From the NCBI RefSeq assembly GCF_964204645.1, contig NC_134036.1, forward strand, positions 3,410,001 to 3,474,000: a stretch of 64,000 nucleotides of DNA, written 5' to 3'. Positions 48,301 through 59,185 of the stretch are shown here, in pieces. The DNA is from Tubulanus polymorphus. Its lineage: Eukaryota > Animalia > Nemertea. Numbering within the stretch: the stretch's first letter is position 1; the number at the start of each line of letters is the position of its first letter. A model generated the notes under the pieces. The model ran no database searches, was not told where the DNA came from, and was given only the letters and a program-made list of their open reading frames with translations. The translations under genes and the position numbers were made by a program.

Positions 48301-51300
48301 ATCAGACCGTTGGAATGTGGTGGTAGTAGACCTTGCAGGTGACCGGGTAAACCGGGTAACTGTCCTTCTGCGTGGTTGCGTAATACGTGTATCGCGTCGT
48401 CCAGTCTTTCTTCCATTCGACTTTGCTGCAAAGAGACGACGTCGACGAATTCAATGATAACCGCCATTTTTAAAACATTTCCATGTCCCTGGGGTCCCTA
48501 CGGAGCAGTCATTCCTGGATTTAACGAGTTTTAAAGATTTCAAATTGTCTGCATTTACTAGACATTTTTCCCATTACTAGGACTCCTCTTTAGTCGGGAC
48601 CGTTTATCTCAGTGGTTTTATAAGCGAATTCCAATACTTTCTAATTTTTGGTAACCGCCTAATTGGGCAACAATTCCTCGTACCATCTGTATCGATTTAG
48701 GCGTAGTCTACTGTACGACTACACGTGCAAACATTTCTAATTGCCTATTTCTCAAAATTGAAGGAGTTTTAAAGGAGTTTCTGGCATTTTGCTCAAATCA
48801 AAGGAGTTTCGAGCACCTTTGAAAGCATTTCCCGTTTAGGAGTTTCTTAAGGAACGAAGGAGTAGTAGGGACCCGGTTTGTAAAGCGTCCGCAAACCGAG
48901 GATCATTGGTTACGCTAGATTGAAACTAAATTTATACACCGCGTGAAATTACTTATGAATCAATTCATAATGAACATATTTTTGGAACTTTCCCTCTGAC
49001 ATTTTCCGGCTGGGTTTCAGAGCGACGGGGTACTGAAGGACAGGCTGCTTTGATGTATGATAGTTTTATGGCGTAATATTTCATTCGAACACATATATTT
49101 ATTTACGCAAAGCATTGCTTCTAAACCTTTCTTCTCGGGACACTTTCAGCAAGGTAGCAGAAAGTATGAATCAGATGACAGGCTTTATACATTGTTGATA
49201 ATGATAATAATTATCATAATTATAATAATTATTCAATTAATTGATTGAACTTGTTGAAAAGTTGATAAATATGGGAAATTGATTTTAGAAGCCTGAAAAT
49301 CACTAACAGGAACCTCGGGAAAAACCAGGTTTTGATTAAGCGAAAAACCTCCAGAATTTTTTCAAATTATCAAACTGAAAATCGCCCGGGGTATGGTAGG
49401 GGGGAGGTGTTTAGTACGGACGGTTAAAATCTAAAATACCTGAGCGGCGTCCGGAAGTAAACATGCCACGTCGTCCAATAACAACTGAATATACGGGAAA
49501 AAGTTGACGAGGACAAATTGAAGAAAAAATAAAAACGAAAAAAAAACTTGTGTGCGTGTAAAGAAAGAAAATGCGACTAAGTAAAAAATATTTCTAAAAA
49601 AAGACATGTTGCATAGCAAAAATCTATTAGGGGTCTCGCAAAATCCTGAGATAAATAGAAATTAATTTTCTGAGGCTCGAAATGTTAGGAAATTCAAATC
49701 GTCCACGCTCCATGAATTTATCAATAATTTAGTTTGTAACAAGAATTAGCGAATTATGAAAAAATATTGAAAGCAATGCAATAAAAAGGAAAAAGAAAAC
49801 TGATTTTGCAAAAAAATTCTCAAGGTAGGGTGAGGGTAATAAAATCTAGGCGATCGGTTTTTAGTTTGTGAGAAAAAGTGACGAAAAAGAAGAGCTTTTT
49901 CGATCAGCAAAAAAAGTGAAAAAAAAAAACAAAACAATTGAAATTTTTAACACTAGCAACGGGTGATTGAGAGAGATACAGATAGAGAATGAACTTACTT
50001 TTGATGGCCCCATTATGTTCTACAAGAAAAAATCGAAACAGAAAAATGTCAACGAAATAAAAACGAAAAACGAAAAAAGAAAACCAGCGAAAATTACAGT
50101 CACGACATGTAGCAAGATATGATATATATATATAACAGGCAGAGAATCGTCCTCGTTTTCGGACATTTTTTCTAGAAATAATTTGAATATCATGACACAT
50201 AAATCGACGAAAATTACGTACCAGCGAATGTAAATGACTTTCGAACTGTGAAGAGGTAGTTGTTTGAGATGATACGTTTGGGCGGGACCATTGACTAGTA
50301 ATCGGACCTCCGACTGAAAGACAGAAAAACATTTCGAATTCGGAAAAAAATCGGAAGGAGGCTGAAGAGGTACGACCGGGAGGTATTCATTACTAACCTG
50401 ACATGGGAGGAGGTGATGAAACAGGCGTGGATGGATTTGATCCATAACTATTACTATGTTCTGTAGGGTATATCTGAAATGAGTTAATTGAAATAATAAT
50501 TAGTTAATTGATCTAATTAATCCTATAAGATTGATAATTTTCATCTCCGAAAATACTAATAAATTAAATCAATGTTGTCCTCGGAGGAAGCATCCTTTAT
50601 TTTAAGCGGTTACAACCAGAAGCGTTTCCTGTCCCTAAATCGGGGTGGCGAAGAACATTTTTGAACTTTTTTTTTCATTTTCAATTCGTGCAAATCCCGC
50701 GGAAACTGGTCAGCTGCTCGCGAATGTATACAGGTAATTGCTAATTAGCGGATTCGAGAAACTCCGGATGCGAGTCCGGATTAAAACGCGATCGATCGAT
50801 CGACGAAATCCCGCGCGTTCGCGTCGACGCCGCCGTGTAAGTCATGGGAACCGGTCCATCTGACGAGACCGCGTGGGAACCAGTCCATCTGATCATCATC
50901 GTCGTTTCGTTCGTTATCGAGCGGTAAAGTTTCGTCAGTTTTTCCTCGTTGACGCGGCGCGCGGCTCACCGATCATTCAAAAACAAGAAAATCGCGGATG
51001 ATATTTTTCGAGATAAGACAAACAAAAAAAGATTCCTGCGAAAGATTTCTGTTCTTTTTTCAAGAAAATTTCCTCATCTTGATATGGAAAAATCAAAGGG
51101 GGCAATTTGTCGAGTGCCCTCAGTTTCTGGCCCAATTTCTTAAATACTCATTTCTATAAATACAAATACATGTATTGTTTCATAAGGGCTACTATAACGT
51201 AGATAATGAGATCGGATGCCCTGAAAATTCACAAAAATAAGTCTAAATTTTCTGGGGGAGGGCACCGGACCAACGCCGAACATGAAGGATACTTGCACTT

Positions 51301-52403
51301 TTTTTGAGCCCCGCCCTTTGAAGCAATCTGAGATCTGTCCCTGAATATTGACCTGAAAGACATGAAATAATTCAACCTGTGAAATACTTACAGACGCGAG
51401 TGCTTTGCCTAAAGCGTCGCCCGTCTGCTGATTCGACGTGCCGCCACCGCCGCCGCCGCCACCAGGGGGTGCCGGCTGCCGACTGATCATGTCGGCGCCG
51501 TTCACCACCGACGGCGACGACGTTTGGTACGGCTGAGACGATGGCACCATCTGCTGGCCGCGGAAAGAACTCATAGGTGGAAGACCGGATGTCTGCATTA
51601 GGGAGGGATCGTGACTGGGGGATACTGTCGAGTGGTAGCCCTAGATTTAGAAAAATGGAAAAAGAAAATTCATTATTTCAAGTCTTTTCATGAGTTTAAA
51701 CATTTTGGAACGAAACGCAGTAGAATGCTTTCATTAAAACCCTTGCACTAGTAGATGAATGCACCCAACTTTTCCAGAGTAGGTAATAACTTCATACATA
51801 GTTCCCAGAATTAGATAAATTCAAAATATGCTAAGTATTTCATGGCTGATTTTTCAATTGTCCAAATAGTGTCTTCGCTAAAGAGAACATACCATCATAG
51901 TTTTAGTGGCGACTGGTCGATAAAGGTGTTTTCCGAGAATATTCAGATTACCACCCTAGTATACCCATCCTCCAATGCAGGGATTTGAACCCAAAGGCAT
52001 CGCTTGGCTCTGAGGATACCTTCTACAGTACGGTCACTGTGATTTCATGAATTGAAGGTCGGGTGGAGTACTTACCATTTCATGTTGTGAATGATGTAAA
52101 CTAGTGAACGATGATTGGGGATGATAATGTGGATTGGATGGAACGCCATTTTGTTGACTGGACCACGGATCTTGGCCGCCGTGTGATCCATCTAGAAAAC
52201 CGAACATAACGAAAATATCGATGAATATCATTTCCGATATGGCAGACATTTCTCAAGAGCCGGAACTCTCAAATTCAGGATTTCTATTTGTAGTTAGACG
52301 TACCCATGAAATATTGTGCAGCTTCTCCGTATAAACCAGGTTTCGGTGACGTGTAACGCCCCGGCGAATCTTGTCCGAATTCATCGGGACTCGGTGAATA
52401 AAC
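35978..52403 (-). CDS. TCF12: class I bHLH E-protein (daughterless / TCF3-TCF4-TCF12 orthologue), 5'-partial, alternatively spliced
   Basis: Conserved E-protein blocks in order: [102 protein letters not shown]. Phases consistent across all exons. Confidence 0.96.
36560..36830. repeat. degenerate ~50-bp minisatellite in the last E-protein intron
   Basis: Recurrent CATCAGGTTCA/..GAGGAATGTGGC. Confidence 0.7.
37424..37549 (-). CDS. TCF12: E-protein C-domain exon [18 protein letters not shown]
   Basis: Signature E-protein C-domain; phase 1/1. Confidence 0.96.
37970..38115 (-). CDS. TCF12: mutually exclusive HLH exon B (canonical)
   Basis: [48 protein letters not shown]; tttcag acceptor, gtatgt donor, phase 2/1. 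Confidence 0.95.
38379..38578 (-). CDS. TCF12: mutually exclusive HLH exon A (divergent, long loop)
   Basis: [66 protein letters not shown]; cag acceptor, gtacgt donor, phase 2/1. Confidence 0.85.
39383..39466 (-). CDS. TCF12: E-protein basic-region exon [28 protein letters not shown]
   Basis: Canonical E-protein basic motif RRxANNARER; phase 2/2; gtaagc donor. Confidence 0.95.
41343..41372 (-). CDS. TCF12: candidate 30-nt microexon ([10 protein letters not shown])
   Basis: catttcag acceptor, AG|gtctgt donor, symmetric phase 2/2. Confidence 0.55.
   Translation of the reverse strand, partial: GRGLAIKPF
41457..41686. repeat. ~39-bp minisatellite, ~6 copies
   Basis: GGAACTGGATCCAGAGTCAAATTAAACCCACACAACT repeated. 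Confidence 0.92.
41697..41786 (-). CDS. TCF12: candidate 90-nt cassette exon ([30 protein letters not shown])
   Basis: ttactttgcag acceptor, CAG|gtagtt donor, symmetric phase 2/2, open. Confidence 0.55.
41878..41981 (-). CDS. TCF12: E-protein exon [17 protein letters not shown]
   Basis: Phase 0/2; continues the IK-VE motif. Confidence 0.85.
42385..42525 (-). CDS. TCF12: E-protein exon [17 protein letters not shown]
   Basis: Phase 0/0; tttcag acceptor, gtacat donor. Confidence 0.82.
43775..44070. repeat. degenerate ~35-bp tandem repeat
   Basis: Recurrent GAGGA(A/T)TCC...GATCTTCACC. Confidence 0.7.
44103..44477 (-). CDS. TCF12: alternative E-protein exon (internal first exon from ATG 44477, or cassette from acceptor at 44534), Tyr/Gly/Asn/His-rich
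   Basis: 125 open codons [20 protein letters not shown] with GC-rich coding-like composition; phase-0 donor gtatgt fits the acceptor at 42525. Confidence 0.7.
45768..46092. repeat. 40-bp minisatellite, ~8 copies
   Basis: GATAAATTTGATTGGAACCGCGGTGGCCTCAAAATTAAGA at exact 40-bp period. Confidence 0.96.
46800..47014. mobile_element. MITE-like element, family X copy 1
   Basis: Ends CAGGGCTG..CAAC / GTTGAAGCTCTG; internal ATCAGTAATCAACAGTAA..GACCCT shared with copies at 58.3 kb and 62.3 kb. Confidence 0.7.
48282..48425 (-). CDS. TCF12: E-protein exon [19 protein letters not shown].. (AD2 region)
   Basis: ctctttgcag acceptor, gtaagt donor, phase 0/0. Confidence 0.94.
48490..48875. mobile_element. 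possible MITE (GGGTCCCTAC ... GTAGGGACCC inverted ends)
   Basis: 10-bp perfect inverted ends; repeated AAGGAGTTT inside. Confidence 0.45.
49440..49484 (-). CDS. TCF12: candidate 45-nt cassette exon ([15 protein letters not shown])
   Basis: tatattcag acceptor, CAG|gtattt donor, phase 0/0; GC-rich island in an AT-rich intron. Confidence 0.55.
49999..50019 (-). CDS. TCF12: candidate 21-nt cassette microexon (NIMGPSK)
   Basis: ttttcttgtag acceptor, gtaagt donor, phase 0/0, no stop. Confidence 0.55.
50222..50313 (-). CDS. TCF12: E-protein exon [20 protein letters not shown]
   Basis: Phase 1/0; TSQW.R and LHSL motifs. Confidence 0.9.
50398..50473 (-). CDS. TCF12: E-protein exon [25 protein letters not shown]
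   Basis: Phase 0/1; SNPSTPV motif. Confidence 0.9.
51392..51640 (-). CDS. TCF12: E-protein exon [28 protein letters not shown]
   Basis: Phase 0/0; conserved motifs; gtaagt donor. Confidence 0.92.
52076..52191 (-). CDS. TCF12: E-protein exon [19 protein letters not shown]
   Basis: Phase 1/0; DPWSS motif; gtaagt donor. Confidence 0.88.
52304..52403 (-). CDS. TCF12: E-protein exon [33 protein letters not shown]
   Basis: tttcag acceptor (phase 0), gtacgt donor; equivalent to the vertebrate VYAPS exon. Confidence 0.88.
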
Positions 52404-55400
52404 CTGAAAATATCACGAATAAGACGAATTAAATTCAAACGTCACGAAAACAACGCGCAATGAAGTTTAGCGAAGTAGAACATATTAACAATGATGATGA
52501 TGATGATGATGATGATGTTGTTGTTGCTGTTGCAGTCAAAGAAAAGAAAAAAATTTACCCATCACCTAAAACGATCAGAGTGAAGAATAGAAAATAGATA
52601 TCTGACAACAATGAAAAGAAACTTTATCAAAATCGCTATATATTCTGGAGTTTGATTAAAAAAGCACAAAGAAGTTCGCAAACTATAAACTATTTAGTAT
52701 CGAAAGATTCGGTAATATATTTAACATGCGTTGTTGTTGTGTTTAGTGTTTAATGACTGTTGAAGTCGTCTGCTATGAATTAACTCCAGCCACGCTGCTG
52801 CTGCTGCTGCCGCTGCAGCTACGCGTGGTGATTTATGAGGCTTTTAGACGCATTTCTAGAGCACAAAAAAAAATGTCCTGCCCCTAGAAAATAGCCAATC
52901 GATTAGACATTCCGATCGATCGAGACAGCCATCTTTTCTGGAATGCCCTGTATAAATCTGGATGATGTCATTGGGAGAGTTACGGAAGCAGCCATTTTTT
53001 TTCCACTGCAGAGCCTTTATAATCTTCTAAATAGGATATCAATGGAGGCAGCCATCTTAATCCAAGCAATGAAATAATCAAGAACAACTTCCTTCGTAAT
53101 AATAGCGCTCATTACCTACCAGACGGGTCATCAAAGCCGGTTCTTCATCATAAAATGCCGGGTGAAAATGAATGTTAGGAAAGATTGTTTATTTACACTA
53201 AGAAGTTACGGGTGGAAGAGTGAGGGGAAAGGTTTCTATGGCTACTGTATGTTGAACAGATCATCGACCCAGCGCTACTACAGCTGCCACGATCAATCAA
53301 ACTTCACGGAGAATCCTCAAAACTTGCTAAGTCAATAATCACATCAATAGAAGTTACCGATGGTGTGACTGACTGTCTGTGAGCACGGGTTTCTTAAAAA
53401 CAGTTCTAGAAATCAGCTTTTTAAACACTCAGATTTACCTTTGAAATAGCAAGGATATGTGCATGTCTATAGGGGACAAAGTGACCTATTTCAGCTTTTG
53501 TAGAATCTCCATAACTGTTTATTACATCACCTTCTTGCATAGTGAAGAGACTTGTACAACCTTCATACATGCTACAGGACAAGTTGCAAGATGTAGCAAG
53601 ATGATAAAAAGCTAATACTCTCAGTGCAGGACACACACATGTGTAACAGTAGGTATGCATGTACTCTAGTAAGGCCAAAGTGACCTCTACCAAGCTCTTC
53701 CGCAAATACTAAAGGACGAATAAAGAAAATAGGGAATGTTTTTTTCTTCATGCCGATGTATTTATCTATTTACACTGATGATAGATAACAAATATGGGTT
53801 ATTACGGACTTATTCGCAGAGATCAGCGTCAGATTATTATCATCGCAGTCACCTGTCCTCAAATACATGAACCAGATGGCAGAAGACTGCTAAAAGTACT
53901 ACTACTACTCCGCCAGCCTGCTGCATTTCTAGGATCTCATTTTTTCCCCCCCCCCCCCCGGAGGATAGCATCTGCCCCCTACTACTATACTGACACCCGG
54001 ACAACACAACTACAGCTGGTCAAAGATTCTCCTCCGCGCGTGCCTCCGCCGCCGCCGCCACCGCCACCGGGCCCAGCTGCCGCTAAAGATAACACTACAA
54101 CGAGTATTTCTAGGATATACACCACAGGCCTCAGCTGGTCCTGATCCGATGTGTCGCGCGCGCGCGGCTTGGGTGTGCTGGTTATCAGTGTAGTTTTTTC
54201 CCCATTTATCAATGAAACCCAGCTGTGGATAGTTTGAATAATTGCGATTTCATTTGTAATTAAATCGGCCGTACAGCTGACTACTAAAACCCGGCGCACG
54301 AGGCACTTATTAATAATATCGCCATTAAGTTTATGAATTGATTGTTTTGCAAGGTGCTACATATACGCGTGCCAGCCGATGCCACGCAAATATACCAGAG
54401 CTGCAATGCTGTCGGGGTAGAATAGGTACATGGGCACACAAGGGCCGGTCTACAGAATTTTGATAATTGATTATGTTTCAAGCACCACTCTGGGGATTCC
54501 AGATTGGATAATCCATTCTGGGCATTCCGGGTTGGAGGATGCCAATTGACGGAGAAGAGGTCAAGGAAGACCAAGAAACTCACTGCCACTTCCAGGACCT
54601 TGTGGATTGATTAGAAAAGTACCGGCTATGCCTAAGACTGATGCTACTCAGATACTGCGGAGCCCAGTGAATCGAAACCAAAGGGCAAACTGGTTATAAG
54701 ATTAAGAATACCGCGCTATGTACCGGACCTAGATTCAGACGTCCCCACGCCACTAACGCAGGTGGTCGCCTCTGGCGGTACTCTCGACCGGGTTTAGTAG
54801 TTCAGGAATTTGTCGGTCACAGGTGCCTTTATTCCGAAGCAGGTGCCTTTAAATCCCTGCTGCTGCAGGGGGAACATCAGGGCTGCTAGGAATTACGCCG
54901 CGCAAGTCACAGCTGCCCGACAAACAAACTAACAGATGCCTTCAACAATACCGATCTGATTACTGATTAACACAGCTGATTGAAAAAATAGACAACCATC
55001 TTGTACATATCGGGACAAGTGGAATTTCTGACCCAGTTTCGTGGCATCTGGGGTACACAGTAATAGGTTAGCGCCTAATGAAGCCGAAAGATGACAGCTT
55101 TCCCTTTTGAATAATATCAACAGATTGGAAATCCGAATTTTTTTCTTATCAATCCAGTGCCGGGTTTCGAGGATCTGAGACCAGCTGCTCGAGTATTTTC
55201 GCACAGCCGGATAAAATCATAATATCATCTTTACAACGTGCGGATGATGGAACAGCTGCCTATGTCAGGCATCTGCGAGCGACGTAGTGCCGACTGTAAA
55301 CAACAGATGGCAGCACCGTCCTCCTCTCGTACGGCGGTCGAAAGTAGAAACATTCTATCCCGGTTATGATACAGTTCTCTACGATATGAATAAAATATGA

Positions 55401-56373
55401 CGGCTATCAAAACTGAGCGGAAAAAGAATTCTTTTTTTTCCTGCTCTGTCGTCGCCCGACGAGCTACCCGACAGACGACGAAATTAGAGATTTAATAATC
55501 ATTCGACGGAGAGAAAGAGAGAGCGTCCCACGCCCTACGCAACGATCAATCAACCGGTATAGACCGGATTAAACGCTCGTATACATCTCTCAATAAACGA
55601 AGATTATGTCTTCGACGACCGACGAGTGTGTGCGCGGTGAAAGCAACTTAACGACGGGCGATTATTTGTTTAATAATAACCGCGGTCGTCGAATATTAAA
55701 TATATCGACGACACCGACTTCGCTAACGTTATCCAGGGCGGGGAGGAGGGGGGTTTTAATATCGCGCGGTCGGAACGTCGCAAGGAAATAAATGTCCTGG
55801 ATGAAAAGCGTAATCTCTCTTAACGATAATATTCCGCTGGTTATTAGTCGTGTAATGAATGGGGAAGATTATGAAACGCTCGGCGAAAAAACTATTACCG
55901 AGGTCCGCGTTCGTGAATGAAGATCTTCGGCTAGGATTTTCAAATCAGTCGGTTAGGAATTCCCAGGAATTCCTCGATTCTGTTCTGGATAGTCGAAACT
56001 CTCAATTTGGTGAAGACCTTCCCCAGGAATCCTCAATACCATTGGGTGAATGTCTTCCTGGACTGATCCTCAATTTGGTCAGAAGAATCGCCTAAGATCT
56101 TCAAATCAGTCGGAATTCCTCAATTCTGTTCAGGATCTTTCAAACTCTCAATTTGGTCCAGGCGAAAATCTTCCATTGGGCGAAGGTCTTCCTTCCAATT
56201 TGGTCAGAAGAAGGTCCTCCCTCCCCAGTTATCCTTAATTCATTTGGGTGAAGATTTTCGAGGAGGTATGCACCAATCGGAAGATCTTCCTCTCACGACC
56301 CAGAGGGGAGGAGAGCAGCGAAGTAGAACAGCTTGGTTTTATTAAGGAGAAACCTAAACAGAGGGAGGAGAGA

Positions 56374-56562
56374 CACCTGTTGAATACTCGTTACCGGGTT
56401 CTAAAGGGCACCTGTTTTTCTCGCCCTCTCCGGGGCACCTGTGACCGTTTCCTAGCAGTCCCGGTTTAAGGGCACCTGTTCCTCGAGATCGGGGCACCTG
56501 TGACTCGACTCGAATGCCAGGAATTTACGCACAGCCGAGCGCCGAGCGCATCACCACAGGTG
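56374..56562. promoter_or_regulatory. cluster of six CACCTG/CAGGTG E-boxes (candidate enhancer/silencer)
   Basis: Sites at 56374, 56409, 56436, 56473, 56495, 56557; five have the extended GGCACCTGT context. Confidence 0.6.
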
Positions 56563-58331
56563 CCATTTCCAGGATGCGGGAAAGAAACGCGCGCGTATAG
56601 GTCATCAGGGAAAAAAACAACACCACTTTTTCTACATTACAAAACATGATAGGGGCGATATCGTCGCCTTGGAGAAACCCGCCATCAGGGCGAAGCAATG
56701 ATTTCGAAACCCTACACTACACGCCTACGGAATATAGTCAGCCTCATTCATTATCAGAGTCCTATTCATTCCATGCCCCTTCATCGCTCTCACGCTGAAC
56801 CAATTTCATCCCAACGCATTCGTTATGAAGTATCTCTTATGACAGGCAGGTGGCCGCGGGCGAACGACTGATAATCCTTCGAAATATCGCAGTAATCGCG
56901 CGTCGAAATATCATTAATATATCGAATATTGCCGATATATATTTTTGTCAGCGGGTAGCCACCTGGGCTGTCTAATTTATCCTCAACGCTCGAGTCTTTA
57001 GACAAATCGACTAATCCGTATTTTACACCCAGCGATCATAACAATATCGCTACTTCATGAAATCATTTCGTAGATAAATCATTATCGGATGAATAAAATT
57101 TCGTCGCGTAAAAATTTTCCAAACGACGTAAAATCGAAAATACATCCAGGGAGTGTTCGACTTATTAGACGGCTAATTATAATATGCAAATTACGTCGTA
57201 CCTTTTGTTGAGGCGATATACAGTGAAATTAATACAGCACAATGGCTTGGCTCTCGCGCGCGCTCTCTCTCTCTCTGACGGAGCTCGGGATTGATTTGCA
57301 TTTGAATGGAATGTAAGCGAATTTACCTCAGTCTACATGGATGGATGGATGGACCCTTCAATAAATGATGGCTACCCCTTAAATCCCCTTACAATATCAT
57401 CGAATCGCCTTCTAGCATTAACATCTTTCCGCTTCAATTTTCCTTTTATCATATCAAATCAATGGTACAGTATCCAGTGAAGTCATAGGGCAATTTCAGA
57501 GTCAGCTATCATTTTTGAAAGCGTCTAAGTTCAAATCTAAACTGAAGGGAACATCTTCGATAGAAAATCTATACTTAGGCTTAAAAAATTGCTTCATGAT
57601 GAGGTCGAAGTTGACCCGACCGGACGCCTATCTACCCTGTACGTAACTTTTTTACATAAATTCACGATTAAGCTAACCATAACAGGTCGGGCAGCCATTG
57701 AACTGAACTGATTTTGAATTTTATCGCAGGAGAAAATTATTTTTAGGAACTAATTTATTTTTAGGAGAAAAAAAGGATGGATTTCTAGCCTTAAAATTCA
57801 TATATGCGAGTTCATTAAAGTTCGTTCCGCTATCATCTTTGAATCTTTGAAAATTAGATACAATATTCTCATCGATTCGAAAGTTGCCAATTCGCGACGG
57901 AAAGATGTCGACAACAAGTTTTTAAACCTGAGTATATAGATATATACTGCGGGTATACATAAAATGCTATGGTAAAATACACAATACAATATACAACGAC
58001 GCACAATACAATGCACAATACAACAGCTGTTACTGAAAAGCTCTCTTCTATATATATACATATCACACACACGTATTGAACAAAATCGATCATCTGAACT
58101 TGTTCCCCTCCCCTCTCTCTCTCTCTCCTCTCTCCCGTTCTCTGTCGACATCGACGGCCGTGCCAGCGAAAAATCATTTATACTCGACGCCTCGAACACG
58201 TATCGGCGGTCGGCCATTTTATATTTAGCGCATCGTGGCGATTTGTTATAGAAAGAAATGCTGATTTTGAATATGTCGAATTTAACATATTTGGGATGGG
58301 CATATTCTGCTCGTCGCTACACAAATTTTTA

Positions 58332-58546
58332 CCGGGCTGCCAACCTTTGAAATGTGCTGTCAGTGACTAGTTGAATTTTTTTCAGTACCGTTTCAACGAA
58401 ATATGACGAACTAAAATTTTCAAATTAATCAGTAATCAACAGTAAGACCCTCAGTAAAAACATCTTTCATATTGCTGTATGAATCAGTACTTTTCGTCAA
58501 AAATAGTAACAAAAAGTGAAAGTCAGGAACGGTGTTGGCAGCTCTG
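58332..58546. mobile_element. MITE-like element, family X copy 2
   Basis: Terminal inverted repeats CGGGCTGCCAAC / GTTGGCAGCTCTG; same internal core. Confidence 0.75.
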
Positions 58547-59019
58547 CTTCAGGTATAGACAATTCACTCATTCAAAACGAACTGATTCTAACTCACGACC
58601 CAGGAACTGGATCCAGCTTTGTAAATCGTAACCGGCAATGATTCTATTTACGAACTGAAATTGTGACTTTGATTGAAATCTATAAAAAAAATAAAAACAT
58701 CAGCTGTAATCAGATGAGAACTCGTCGCGCAGGTTTGCCAGCTGAGAATCTCGCTCGTTAGTCAGCTGGTTCAAGTCCTCCAGTTTTTCGCCGGCACATA
58801 TGGCCCGAACGATGGGGGGATTCCCCGGCTGATTTGACCACCTGTATTACGAGTATTTCGACACCTGTTTTTACTCAGCTGCCAGTGTCAACGGGAGCCT
58901 CCGGTGCGCGCGGGAGATCAGCTGTGTACACCGCGAACCCTGCTGTGGCTTGAGAGAGATCTAGATTCTCACTTGATCTGAAGCATTGCCTGTTGAACTG
59001 GGCGCCAAGCAGGATCCCA

Positions 59020-59185
59020 AAGACTGACTGACCACTAGGAGCCAAACGCATGAACCTTGGATTAATGAGAAACCAGTGAAAGACTGAAAGGCTGACTGAC
59101 TGACTGCTACCACCAGGAGCCAAACGCATGAACCCTGGATTGATGAGAGACCAGTGAAAGACTGACTGACTGACTGCTACCACCG
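59020..59185. repeat. ~75-bp tandem duplication with GACT microrepeats
   Basis: AGGAGCCAAACGCATGAACC..GGATT..TGAGA..CCAGTGAAAGACTGA occurs twice. Confidence 0.85.

Noticed and set aside
52559-52565. 7-nt microexon candidate (tttag|GTGATGG|gtaaat)
   Set aside because: The only frame-restoring phase introduces TGA.
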